The position numbers and the translations under genes are program-made. A stretch of 64,000 bases of DNA from Candidatus Binatia bacterium (lineage in GTDB: Bacteria; Desulfobacterota; Binatia; UBA9968; JAJDTQ01), in the NCBI GenBank assembly GCA_963666515.2, contig OY762897.2, forward strand, positions 128,001 to 192,000. Reading direction: 5' to 3'. Positions 1-8,358 of this stretch are shown piece after piece; position 1 is the stretch's first letter, and each line of letters starts with the position of its first letter. A model generated the notes under the pieces. It was not told the DNA's origin and did not search any database. It saw only the letters and a program-made list of their open reading frames with translations.

Positions 1-889
1 CCGTGGCCGGGGTCGAGCCGGCCGCGGCGGTGAACTCCTCGGCCCGGGTCATCACCATCTTCACGGGCCAGCGGCTGTGCATCGACAGCGCCACCGCCAC
101 GGGCTCCAGCCGCGGCTCGATCTTGCCGCCGAAGCCGCCGCCGACCTTGGTGCAGATCACCCGCATGCGGCTTTCGGGAATGCCGAACAGCCCGGCCAGC
201 AGGGTCCGGAGCTGGAACACCTCCTGGCTGCAGGTCCACACCGTCACCTCGTTGCCACGGACGGAGGCCAGCGAGGCGTGGGGCTCCATGTAGGCGTGAT
301 GGATCTGGCTGGCGTGGAAGGTGTCCTCGAACACGTAGTCCGCCCGCGCCAGCGCCGCGTCCACGTCGCCCCGGTGGTGGGAGGCCCGGTGGATGACGTT
401 GGTCCCGTGCACGGGGTTCCACGACGCCAGGTACACCGAACGGGCCGGCCCCAGCTCCTCGTGGACCAGGGGCGCGCCGTCGCGCGCCGCCTCCTCGGCG
501 GTGAACACCGCGGGCAACTCCTCGTAGTCCACGTCGATGAGGGAGAGCGCCTCCAGCGCCCGCTCCTCGTCCGGCGCAGCGGCCGCGGCCACGGGCTCGC
601 CCGCGTAGCGCACCTTCTCCACCGCGAAGATCTGCTCGTCCTCGATGGCGTACCCGTAGCGCCGGTCCGGCACGTCCGCGGCGGCGATCACGGTGACGCC
701 GGGGAGCGCGCGGGCCTTCTCCAGGTCGATGGACCGGATCTTCGCGTGCGGCAGCGGGCTGCGTAGTATCTTGCCCCAAAGCATCCCCGGCTGGCTCACG
801 TCCGGCCCGTAGATGGCTTGTCCGGAGATCATCTCGGCGCCATCCGGGCGCACCACGGGAGTCCCGATTACGCGATAGTCGTCAGCCAT
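1..889 (-). CDS. Xanthine dehydrogenase/aldehyde oxidase family molybdopterin-binding subunit (N-terminal part; runs off the window start)
   Basis: Not in the ORF track because there is no stop in the window. Manual translation from ATG at 889 gives MADDYRVIGTPVVRPDGAEMISGQAIYGPDVSQPGMLWGKILRSPLPHAKIRSID, the typical a/b-hammerhead N-terminus. Confidence 0.9.
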   Translation of the reverse strand, partial: MADDYRVIGTPVVRPDGAEMISGQAIYGPDVSQPGMLWGKILRSPLPHAKIRSIDLEKARALPGVTVIAAADVPDRRYGYAIEDEQIFAVEKVRYAGEPVAAAAAPDEERALEALSLIDVDYEELPAVFTAEEAARDGAPLVHEELGPARSVYLASWNPVHGTNVIHRASHHRGDVDAALARADYVFEDTFHASQIHHAYMEPHASLASVRGNEVTVWTCSQEVFQLRTLLAGLFGIPESRMRVICTKVGGGFGGKIEPRLEPVAVALSMHSRWPVKMVMTRAEEFTAAAGSTPAT

Positions 890-975
890 GTGTTTCGCTC
901 CGTGGGCACCGTACAGCCCATGCGGGCAGTGGTCAACCAGGGGTTGGGCATCTCCAACCAAATCGCATTCCAGGG

Positions 976-1012
976 TTGACGGACCATCGGGCAGGGTGTA
1001 ATTACAATGTAA
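976..1012 (+). promoter_or_regulatory. Probable mazEF promoter/operator
   Basis: TTGACG at 976-981, then overlapping palindromes TGTAATTACA (997-1006) and TTACA-A-TGTAA (1002-1012) containing TACAAT. Overlapping palindromes are typical of MazE/AbrB autoregulation. Confidence 0.55.
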
Positions 1013-1039
1013 CACCTTTCAGGAAACGGAACCCCACTT

Positions 1040-1294
1040 ATGAAGACGGCACTGGTTCGGATCGGCAATTCTCGCGGTGTTCGAATCCCCAAGGCGATTT
1101 TGGAGGAATGCGGGCTCCAGAACGAGGTCGACCTGGAAGTCCGAGAGGATCATCTGGTGATTCGTGCGGCCACCAAGCCCCGGACGAACTGGGACGAGGC
1201 TTTTCGCCGAATGGGTGAGCGAGGCGATGATGACCTTCTCGACGAAGGCTCGCTACCACCTACCAAGTGGGAGGCCACGGAGTGGGAGTGGTAG
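1040..1294 (+). CDS. mazE: AbrB/MazE family antitoxin
   Basis: MKTALVRIGNSRGVRIPKAIL swapped-hairpin signature, acidic tail ending EWEW, overlaps the toxin start. Confidence 0.92.
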   Translation: MKTALVRIGNSRGVRIPKAILEECGLQNEVDLEVREDHLVIRAATKPRTNWDEAFRRMGERGDDDLLDEGSLPPTKWEATEWEW

Positions 1295-1611
1295 TCGCCC
1301 GGTTTGAGGTTTACCTGGTCCGCCTGGACCCCTCCGAAGGACACGAGATTCAGAAGACTCGCCCATGCGTCGTGATCTCGCCGGATGAACTGAACCGGCA
1401 CATCGCCACCGTCATCGTAGCGCCAATGACCACCACACGCCGCGCCTATCCCACCCGTGTGCCCCTGCGCTTCCAGGGAAAAGACGGGCAGATCGTGCTG
1501 GACCAGATCCGTACCGTGGACAAGAACCGGCTGGTCCGTCGCCTGGGCAGAGTCAGCGACAAGGCCGCGCGGAGCGTCGTGGCCGTGCTCAACGAAATGT
1601 TCGCGTACTAG
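1288..1611 (+). CDS. mazF: PemK/MazF family endoribonuclease toxin
   Basis: RFEVYLVRLDPSEGHEIQKTRPCVVISP and LDQIRTVDKNRL motifs; GTG start at 1288 overlaps the mazE stop. Confidence 0.92.
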   Translation: MVVARFEVYLVRLDPSEGHEIQKTRPCVVISPDELNRHIATVIVAPMTTTRRAYPTRVPLRFQGKDGQIVLDQIRTVDKNRLVRRLGRVSDKAARSVVAVLNEMFAY

Positions 1612-1620
1612 GGAGCCCAG

Positions 1621-3864
1621 TTGGAATACTACGCGCATAGTCACCCGTCCGTGGGGCGGAGGGATTGGCACAGGTTGTCGATACACCTGCAAGACACGGG
1701 CGACCGGGCGGCGGCCTTCCTCGAACGGCTAGGCTGCGCCAATCTGGGCAGGATCGCGGGACTACTGCATGATCTAGGCAAATACACGCCTGAATTTCAG
1801 GACCGACTGGCGGGGGAGGTCTCGCGTGTCGATCATTCCACGGCCGGGGCCAAGGTGGCGCTGGAGCGCTACGGGCCGAAGATCGGCAGGTTACTCGCGT
1901 TCTGTATCGCGGGCCACCACGCCGGTCTGGCCAATGGCGTGAATGGCGGGGAGACGAGCGCCTTGACCGACCGGCTGTCTGCGCCGATCCCCAGGCTTGA
2001 TGAGGTGTGGGAGACTCAGATTTCGCTTCCAGAACCTACCGCGCCGCCCGTGGTGCCGCGGGACGCCGATGCCGTTGGCTTCAGCGCGGCGTTCTTTACA
2101 CGCATGGTGTTTTCGGCACTTGTGGACGCGGACTTCCTGGATACCGAAGCATGGTTCGCTGACCGGGAGGGAGTTCGTCCACCAAGGGGAATGCACCCGA
2201 CGCTCGCGGAGCTGTCGAGCCGTCTTGACGCGCATCTGAGCCGGATCGAGACGAGAGCGGAACAAAGCGAGGTCAATGAGCTGCGACGAGAAGTGCTGCG
2301 CCACGCACGGGCGAAGGCGGCGGAGGCTCCCGGCTTGTTCACTCTGACCGTGCCGACCGGCGGCGGCAAGACCTTGACTTCCCTCGCTTTCGCCTTGGCT
2401 CATGCACTGCGCCATGAGATGGCCCGTGTCATCTACGTGATTCCGTACATGAGCATCATCGAACAGACAGCGGCCGTCTTCCGTGAGGCGCTTGGTGCCG
2501 ACGAGGCCGATCCGGTGGAATTTGTGGTCGAACACCACAGCACTTTCGACGAAGACCGCATCCGGGGGCGCGAGGCCGGGGACAAGCTGCGTTTGGCGAT
2601 GGAGAACTGGGACGCTCCGATCATCGTCACCACCGCAGTGCAGTTCTTCGAGAGTCTGTTCGCGCGCCGACCGTCGCGCTGCCGCAAGTTGCACAACATC
2701 GCCAACAGCGTTGTCATCCTGGATGAGGCACAAACGCTTCCACTCCCGGTTCTGCGGCCGTGCGTCGCCACTATCGACGAGTTGGCGCGCAATTGGCGTG
2801 CGAGCGTCGTTCTCTGTACAGCCACCCAACCGGCGTTGGGCGAAGGGGATGGTTTCGACCGTGGTTTGCCGGACCTGCGCGAACTCGCTCCCGATCCGCC
2901 GAGCCTCTACCGGCGGCTCAAGCGCACCAGGATTCATCCAAAGGGGCAATTGGCGGACGGGGAGCTGGCGGAGCGACTGCGCGAATCGCGGCAGGTGCTC
3001 TGTATCGTGAACACGCGCCGTCACGCGCGCGAGCTCTACGACTTGATCTCTGACGCCGAGGGCTCCTGCCACCTTACGACGTTGATGTGCGCGCGCCACC
3101 GCCAGGAGCGGCTGGACATGGTGCGGCAACGGCTGAGGGATGACGAGCCAGTGCGTCTGGTCGCTACATCATTGGTCGAGGCGGGTGTGGACGTTGACTT
3201 CCCGGTCGTGTGGCGTGCCCACGCCGGGTTGGAGTCGATCATTCAAGCCGCCGGACGCTGCAACCGGCATGGCCGGATGCGAGAAGGCGACGTGTTCGTC
3301 TTTGAGCCAGCGGAAGGAGAAGGACGGAAACCGCCACCTGAAATCGAGCAGTTCGCCGCGGTAGCTCGCGGTGTGATGCGGCGTTACGCGGATCCGGCAC
3401 CGCTGGATGCGATCAAGAGCTACTTCGAGCAGCTCTACTGGATCAAGGGTGACAAGCTGGACGCAAGCGCCATCCTGCGGCGACTGGATGAAAGACGCAG
3501 CGACCTGAATTTTCCCTTCGAAACCATTGCCAGGGAGTTCCGGCTCATTGAGACGCCGATGCTGCCGGTGATCGTGCCCTACTGCGGGCTGAACCAAGCA
3601 GATGGAACGGTGGACGGGTTGTTGAATGAGCTACGGTGGGTCGAGCGACCCGGCCGCATCGCACGTCGGCTTCAACCCTACATCGTTCAGATCCCGCCGT
3701 TGGCGAGGCACGCCCTTCTTTCGGCCGGAGCGGTGACGGTCATCCGTGAGGAAGATTTCGGACAGCAGTTCGTCGTCTTGGTCAATCGAGACCTTTACAG
3801 ATCCGATGTCGGCTTGACTTGGGCCGATCCCACCTTCCGCAGGGCAGAAAGCTTGGTGTTCTGA
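1621..3864 (+). CDS. cas3: Type I-C Cas3 (HD nuclease fused to SF2 helicase)
   Basis: YYAHS, LLHDLGK, DHSTAG, GHHAGL, LVDADFLDT, PTGGGKT, DEAQ, TATQP and QAAGRCNRHG motifs all present. Confidence 0.96.
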   Translation: MEYYAHSHPSVGRRDWHRLSIHLQDTGDRAAAFLERLGCANLGRIAGLLHDLGKYTPEFQDRLAGEVSRVDHSTAGAKVALERYGPKIGRLLAFCIAGHHAGLANGVNGGETSALTDRLSAPIPRLDEVWETQISLPEPTAPPVVPRDADAVGFSAAFFTRMVFSALVDADFLDTEAWFADREGVRPPRGMHPTLAELSSRLDAHLSRIETRAEQSEVNELRREVLRHARAKAAEAPGLFTLTVPTGGGKTLTSLAFALAHALRHEMARVIYVIPYMSIIEQTAAVFREALGADEADPVEFVVEHHSTFDEDRIRGREAGDKLRLAMENWDAPIIVTTAVQFFESLFARRPSRCRKLHNIANSVVILDEAQTLPLPVLRPCVATIDELARNWRASVVLCTATQPALGEGDGFDRGLPDLRELAPDPPSLYRRLKRTRIHPKGQLADGELAERLRESRQVLCIVNTRRHARELYDLISDAEGSCHLTTLMCARHRQERLDMVRQRLRDDEPVRLVATSLVEAGVDVDFPVVWRAHAGLESIIQAAGRCNRHGRMREGDVFVFEPAEGEGRKPPPEIEQFAAVARGVMRRYADPAPLDAIKSYFEQLYWIKGDKLDASAILRRLDERRSDLNFPFETIAREFRLIETPMLPVIVPYCGLNQADGTVDGLLNELRWVERPGRIARRLQPYIVQIPPLARHALLSAGAVTVIREEDFGQQFVVLVNRDLYRSDVGLTWADPTFRRAESLVF

Positions 3865-3971
3865 GTTATTGGAACCAAGACGTAAAGTGTAGTAGTTGAG
3901 CTTGGCGAGCCGTGAGCCGCACTTAGCTTAGCCGTATTTGTTGCGCGACGATCCCCGTCAATGATCGGAGC

Positions 3972-4646
3972 ATGGTCATGTCCTACGGAGTCAAGCTGCA
4001 CGTTTGGGGCGAGTACGCCTGCTTTACGCGGCCTGAGATGAAGGTGGAAAGGGTCTCCTACGACGTCATGACGCCGTCCGCGGCGCGCGGTGTGCTGGAG
4101 GCTATCCATTGGAAACCGGCCATCCGCTGGGTGGTTGACCGGATACACGTCTTGAAACCGATCCGTTTCGAGAACCTGCGCCGGAACGAGCTGGGCAGCA
4201 GACTGCCCGCGGCCAACGTCGCCAAAGCCATGAAGGCGGGCAGAACCGAGGGCTTGTATACCTTGATTGAGGAAGACCGTCAGCAGCGTGCCGCGCTCCT
4301 GCTGCGTGATGTGTCCTACGTCATCGAGGCCCATTTCGTCCTCACGGATCATGCAGACCCTGCCATTGAGGCCAAGCACTTGTCGATTTTCAACCGGCGT
4401 GCCGCCAAGGGTCAGTGTTTCCACCGGCCGTATCTGGGCACACGCGAGTTTGCGGCGGATTTCGCGTTGGTGGAGGGGGCCTTGCCGCCTTCCGAGCTTC
4501 CTTCTGACCAGCGGGACCGCGACTTGGGTTGGATGTTGCACGATATCGACTACGGGAACGATATGTCTCCGCGCTTCTTCCGTGCGGAGTTACGCGACGG
4601 CGTCATTGAGGTGCCGGCCACCGATGGCGCCGAGGTAAGGGCATGA
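3972..4646 (+). CDS. cas5c: Type I-C Cas5 (Cas5d, crRNA processing)
   Basis: WGEYACFTRPEMKVERVSYDVMTPSAARG, IHWKPAIRW and RPYLGTREF signatures. Confidence 0.96.
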   Translation: MVMSYGVKLHVWGEYACFTRPEMKVERVSYDVMTPSAARGVLEAIHWKPAIRWVVDRIHVLKPIRFENLRRNELGSRLPAANVAKAMKAGRTEGLYTLIEEDRQQRAALLLRDVSYVIEAHFVLTDHADPAIEAKHLSIFNRRAAKGQCFHRPYLGTREFAADFALVEGALPPSELPSDQRDRDLGWMLHDIDYGNDMSPRFFRAELRDGVIEVPATDGAEVRA

Positions 4647-5065
4647 GCATTCTTCAGGCCCTGTTTGGACACTACAGGCGCCTTGAGTCCGAATCTACAA
4701 GCGATCTTCCCCGGTACGGGTTTTCGCGTGAGAAGATCTCCTATTCCATCGTCTTGTCCGTCGATGGCGACGTGGTGGATGTCGTCCCCCGGCTCGATAC
4801 GTCCGGGAAGACGCCGAGGCCGTCGCTGATCCCTGTACCCCAGCCATGCGGCCGGACATCAACGCTGAGTGGCGCGGTCACTTTGCGTGATGACGCGCGA
4901 AAGACGGTCTTGATTGCCTACCAGGAGCGCAAGAAGGACGAAATCATGCATCCCTTCCTCAAGGAAAAAACCACTTTTGGCTTGGTTCCGTTCGTCCAGG
5001 CGATGCTCATGGCTCGGTGGCTGCGCAACGAACTGGACGGCTACCCGCCATTTCTCTGGCGGTAG
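4643..5065 (+). pseudogene. In-frame cas8c'::'cas1 deletion fusion
   Basis: First ~73 aa (MSILQALFGHY...GFSREKISY...PVPQPCGRTS) match the Cas8c/Csd1 N-terminus. Last ~67 aa (GAVTLRDDARKTVLIAYQERK...HPFLKEK...QAMLMARWLRNELDGYPPFLWR) match the type I-C Cas1 C-terminus. Junction near 4861. Confidence 0.88.
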
Positions 5066-5076
5066 GGGAAGCGCTT

Positions 5077-5367
5077 GTGTTGATGCTCGTGACCTACGAT
5101 GTCGCCACCCGCGATTCTGCCGGGCGCCGCCGCCTACGTCGCGTCGCCCGTCTTTGTCAGGACTTCGGCCAACGGGTTCAGTATTCGGTGTTCGAGTGTG
5201 AGGTAGACCCAGCGCAATGGACCGCCTTGCGAGCGCGGCTTATGGAGGAGATCGACCAAGGCGCTGACAGCCTCCGCTTCTACAGGCTTGGGGCCAACTG
5301 GCACTCGCGAGTCGAGCACGTCGGGAACAAGAAGACGTACGATCCCCATGGCCCGATGGTTCTATGA
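5077..5367 (+). CDS. cas2: CRISPR-associated Cas2
   Basis: MLVTYDV...RRLRRVARLCQDFGQRVQYSVFEC...DSLRFYRLG; start at GTG 5077 or ATG 5083. Confidence 0.95.
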   Translation: MLMLVTYDVATRDSAGRRRLRRVARLCQDFGQRVQYSVFECEVDPAQWTALRARLMEEIDQGADSLRFYRLGANWHSRVEHVGNKKTYDPHGPMVL

Positions 5368-5549
5368 GATGCGCGAACCTGTAGTGCCCGCATTTTTGTC
5401 AAGGGGTTCGCGCGCCCTGCAAGTTCGCGGGTCTGCGATGGAATGGTTTGAAGTTGGTGCCGTAGGCCGCCTGAGCTTCTTGGCTTCGATCCCGGGTTCG
5501 CGTAAACGGTCCGTTTTCTTATTGTCTCACGAGTAGTTCGGGCATCGCA
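5368..5549 (+). promoter_or_regulatory. Type I-C CRISPR leader
   Basis: Lies between cas2 and the first repeat. Inverted pair GCGCGAACC (5371-5379)/GGTTCGCGC (5405-5413) and further GTTCGCG copies at 5423-5429 and 5496-5502, motifs typical of I-C leaders. Confidence 0.8.
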
Positions 5550-6177
5550 GTCGCCCCCCGCGCGGGGGCGTGGATTGAAACTTGCCGGAACGGGCCTTCT
5601 CCAACTCACGGGCGGTCGCCCCCCGCGCGGGGGCGTGGATTGAAACAAGAACAAGCTGAGGACGGTGGCTCGTTACACCGGTCGCCCCCCGCGCGGGGGC
5701 GTGGATTGAAACGACATGAGTCATGGCCATGTAGTCGGCCTTGGGGGGTCGCCCCCCGCGCGGGGGCGTGGATTGAAACCCTACAATGATGATCAGATGA
5801 GGAAGGTTGTCGGTCGCCCCCCGCGCGGGGGCGTGGATTGAAACTGGAGCGGCAAGACGATTGACGAGGCCAAGGCCGGTCGCCCCCCGCGCGGGGGCGT
5901 GGATTGAAACCGCAGCGGCCGGCGGCGCGATCAGCGAAGTGGCCGGTCGCCCCCCGCGCGGGGGCGTGGATTGAAACGCCATATAGAAGTTGTGGTACTC
6001 AAACCGGGAGGTCGCCCCCCGCGCGGGGGCGTGGATTGAAACACCGCGAATCGCTGGTGCTCCAGACCTCGCGCCGGGTCGCCCCCCGCGCGGGGGCGTG
6101 GATTGAAACCGCAAGTCTGGCGGGTCCGGACGCGCTGGCAACTCGGTCGCCCCCCGCGCGGGGGCGTGGATTGAAAC
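5550..6177 (+). CRISPR. Type I-C CRISPR array: 10 identical 32-bp repeats and 9 spacers of 33-36 bp
   Basis: Repeat GTCGCCCCCCGCGCGGGGGCGTGGATTGAAAC starts at 5550, 5615, 5681, 5748, 5813, 5879, 5946, 6011, 6078 and 6146; internal hairpin and ATTGAAAC end. Confidence 0.99.
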
Positions 6178-6375
6178 AAGAGCTTGTCTATGAACTTTAT
6201 TCAATATATTCTCTGTAGACAGCGCCGGGCAGCACGTAGGTCAGGTGCTGTTGGCGCCGCGACGGTACGTCTGTGCCGATCTGGTCTGTGTGACCGACGA
6301 CAATATCCCCAAGCGATGAGCGAGGCGTGCGGATCGAAACGGACCGGACTTCACTCACGCGACGCTCCCTTCGTC

Positions 6376-6750
6376 TCAGGCGACGAGCTTCTTCAACAAT
6401 ACCGCCGGTAACCGCTTCAGTTCTTCGTTACGCGGATCGACCTCGAATCCACCGGACTCCAAGGCCGTTACGCCCAGCAACGGCTCTGCGCCGTCATCAC
6501 CGTAGACGATGGTCCCGCCGACCACTTCTCCCTCAAACTCGATCTCGGCGATGGTGACGTCAAAGACCACGGGTTTCCCGTCCGCGAGTACGTAGTCGCG
6601 TCGTCCCCTCGGTTGAAGTCCGATTTCTTCGAGGTGCCGCCTCGGTACCAGCGAGTCGAATGCCCCGGTGTCGACCAGGAATTTCCCGGTCCAGCTTCGT
6701 TGCAGGTCCGCGGGATTGCGTATAGTGACGTCAACATAGGTTGTGCCCAT
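6376..6750 (-). CDS. Clan AA (retropepsin-like) aspartic protease
   Basis: FLVDTGA catalytic motif and PLLGVTALE C-terminal motif, 124 aa. Confidence 0.85.
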   Translation of the reverse strand: MGTTYVDVTIRNPADLQRSWTGKFLVDTGAFDSLVPRRHLEEIGLQPRGRRDYVLADGKPVVFDVTIAEIEFEGEVVGGTIVYGDDGAEPLLGVTALESGGFEVDPRNEELKRLPAVLLKKLVA

Positions 6751-6901
6751 TGATCATTCTCCTTTCTCGCACGACGGGCACGAGAATCCTTGGCCCATTC
6801 ATCCCGATCCACAAATCCCCTTCGGGGGTGTCTTCAACAGGTTAGACCTGGGGCGGTCCAAAGTCCACTCGCCGGACCGGGTGGGGCCGAGCCCTGATCT
6901 G

Positions 6902-8329
6902 TCAGATTTCACATAACTCGGGCCAGCGCTTGCGGATGCGCTCCTTCAGCGCGGGGCTGGCCTCCGCGACCTTGGGGAACGTGTCCCGTTGGTTCCAGGG
7001 GCGGCAGGCGTCGATGAGCATCCGCTTGTTGAGGTTCCGGCGGTCGGCGGGGTAGGCCATGGGGTCCAGGGGGCTGCTCCAGCAGTTGCGTACGATGTCG
7101 AGATCGGTGTCCGGGTCCAAGCGCGTGCACATGGCCCACAACACCGCGTCCGCGTCGGTGGGATCGATGTCGTCATCGACGATGACGATCATCTTGTTGA
7201 GGTAGGATCCCGCGTAGGAGCCTGCGGCGGCCATGGCGGCCTGTTTCGAGTGGCCCTGGTACAACTGGGTGATGGCGATGGTGATGAACATCTGGCTGCC
7301 GCAGCCCTCGTGGTTCCACACGCCCTTGATGCCGGGGACCCCCGCCGCCTCCATTTGTTCCCAGATGGCCGAGCTGCTCAGGAAGCTGGAAATGTAGGTG
7401 TCGTCGCTGGGAGGCTTGCGCGGCGGGGTGCCGAGGATGATGGGGTCGTTCCGGTGCATCAGCGACGCGACCTCGATGACCGGCTGTTTCTCGCGGCCCC
7501 CCGCGTAGTAGCCGGTCCACTCTCCGAACGGGCCTTCGGGCTCGAAGCGCCCCGGCGGGATGTGACCCTCGACGGCGATCTCGGCGGTCGCCGGAAGCGG
7601 CAGATTCGTGACCGGGCCGTGAATGACGTCCACGGGCTCTCCCCGGATTCCCCCGGCCACGTCGTATTCACAGACCCCGGAGGCGGCGTGGAGTCCGGCC
7701 ATAAGGTAGATCAACGGGTCGTGCCCAAAGGAGACGGCGACCGGGCAGGGTTCGTTCCGGCTCCAGTATTTCTCCATGATGAGCCGGCCCTGCTTTCCCC
7801 CGGTGATCATGATCCCCAGGGTGTTCCGGTCGTGGACGGCTACCCTGTAGCAGCCCACGTTGACCCAGTCGGAGTCCGGGTCCTTCATGATGACCGCGCA
7901 GCCTGTTCCCAGATAGCGCCCGCCGTCGTCCTCGTGCCAAGTGGGGGTGGGGAAGCGGAGCATGTCGATGTCCGCCCCCGTGGCGACGTTCTCAAGCAGC
8001 GGCCCGGTGTCTACCACCCGCGGCTCGATGCCGGGCAGGGCGCCGTGAAACCGGCGGCAGTGCTCCACCATCTCCCGAAGCGACAGGTTCCGCGGGATGC
8101 CCAGGGTCACGGCCACGCGCTCGGGCGCCGTGGTGACGTTGGAGAGCACGCGAAAACCCGGCGGATAACTTGGTATGCGGTCGAAGAGCAGCGCCGGGCG
8201 GCCCACCTTTTCCATGTAGAGGTCGGTGAGGCCGCCGATGCCCTCGTCACAATCGGCCCCGTCCACGCGGCGGAGCTGGCCCAGGCCGTCGATACGGTCG
8301 ATCCAGTCACGCAGATCGTTTACGGGCAT
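6902..8329 (-). CDS. UbiD family (de)carboxylase
   Basis: True start MPVNDLRDWI at 8329; DGGRYLGTG, NVGCYR, EGPFGEWTGYY and IVDDDIDP motifs. Confidence 0.93.
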   Translation of the reverse strand: MPVNDLRDWIDRIDGLGQLRRVDGADCDEGIGGLTDLYMEKVGRPALLFDRIPSYPPGFRVLSNVTTAPERVAVTLGIPRNLSLREMVEHCRRFHGALPGIEPRVVDTGPLLENVATGADIDMLRFPTPTWHEDDGGRYLGTGCAVIMKDPDSDWVNVGCYRVAVHDRNTLGIMITGGKQGRLIMEKYWSRNEPCPVAVSFGHDPLIYLMAGLHAASGVCEYDVAGGIRGEPVDVIHGPVTNLPLPATAEIAVEGHIPPGRFEPEGPFGEWTGYYAGGREKQPVIEVASLMHRNDPIILGTPPRKPPSDDTYISSFLSSSAIWEQMEAAGVPGIKGVWNHEGCGSQMFITIAITQLYQGHSKQAAMAAAGSYAGSYLNKMIVIVDDDIDPTDADAVLWAMCTRLDPDTDLDIVRNCWSSPLDPMAYPADRRNLNKRMLIDACRPWNQRDTFPKVAEASPALKERIRKRWPELCEI

Positions 8330-8358
8330 GCGCGTTCGCTCCGTTTTTCGGTACAGGT

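Noticed and set aside
3865-3971. ATTGGAAC at 3868-3875 between cas3 and cas5, resembling the repeat 3' handle (possible CreTA/CreR-like mini-array)
   Set aside because: Only a 7/8 match; no repeat hairpin, no second pseudo-repeat and no convincing complementarity to the cas promoter.
5381-5388. GTAGTGCC in the CRISPR leader matching the IS subterminal motif in reverse
   Set aside because: An 8-bp match is expected by chance in 64 kb.
5582-6145. Self-targeting spacers within this window
   Set aside because: No match was noticed by eye, but this is not exhaustive and needs a real alignment.
5527-6218. Repetitive ORFs (VSIHAPARGAT, FQSTPPRGGR)
   Set aside because: These are translations of the CRISPR repeats, not genes.
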